Source of the DNA: an uncultured cyanobacterium | Lineage (GTDB): Bacteria > Cyanobacteriota > Cyanobacteriia > PCC-9006 > JAAUQQ01 | Assembly (NCBI GenBank): GCA_963718615.1 | Contig: OY970368.1 | Coordinates: 3,616,001-3,680,000 of the forward strand | DNA length: 64,000 nucleotides | Reading direction: 5' to 3' | Shown: one piece after another, positions 63,883-64,000 of the stretch | Numbering within the stretch: the stretch's first letter is position 1 | How the letters are laid out: each line of letters begins with the position of its first letter | Notes under the pieces: generated by a model | What the model was told of the DNA's origin: nothing | What the model saw: only the letters and a program-made list of their open reading frames with translations | Database searches by the model: none | Program-made: the position numbers and the translations under genes

Positions 63883-64000
63883 CTAGACCTCACTGGCAGA
63901 AGCCGTCGCCTCTAGGGCCCCCGAAAGATAGCGATCGACCAAGGGCAAGATTTTGTCAGCCTTCACGGGTTTTCCGACAAAATCAGTGGCTCCCACCATC
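63883..64000 (-). CDS. Response regulator receiver domain, C-terminal fragment (PatA-like); 5' end lies outside the window
   Basis: ..MVGATDFVGKPVKADKILPLVDRYL..* contains the receiver-domain KP motif. Confidence 0.7.
   Translation of the reverse strand, partial: MVGATDFVGKPVKADKILPLVDRYLSGALEATASASEV

Overview
Cyanobacterial chromosome segment: the HIP1 octamer GCGATCGC is frequent, and there are phycoerythrin genes, CP12 and nblA. Most of it is housekeeping or conserved cyanobacterial genes: partial ftsI-type PBP, cobQ, rodZ, pnp, bioF, ilvB, rimP-nusA-infB, tRNA-Thr(CGT), an atzG/atzE-like pair, an aplA/cpeBA/cpeYZ/cpeF-like cluster with nblA and a CpcS-family lyase, a NitT/TauT ABC transporter, a TM0106-type nuclease-helicase, CP12 and a FIST protein. 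The most interesting region is a minus-strand cassette at about 39.9-41.3 kb. It has two sigma70-type promoters, each carrying the same GTAGTA direct-repeat operator. The first drives a 94-aa leader ORF followed by a terminator, with a matching antiterminator sequence inside the leader, and then an alr0857-family gene. The second drives a decayed tRNA-Trp and an atypical tRNA-Arg(ACG). Together this looks like a translation-stress sensing module. Other signals not in the ORF track are an NtcA-boxed small RNA (NsrR1-like), a CpeY paralogue with a deleted active-site region beside nblA, nested inverted-repeat elements that supply a gene's stop codon, and frequent 10-16 bp tandem duplications. 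All calls were made by eye and from recalled family knowledge; no searches were run.
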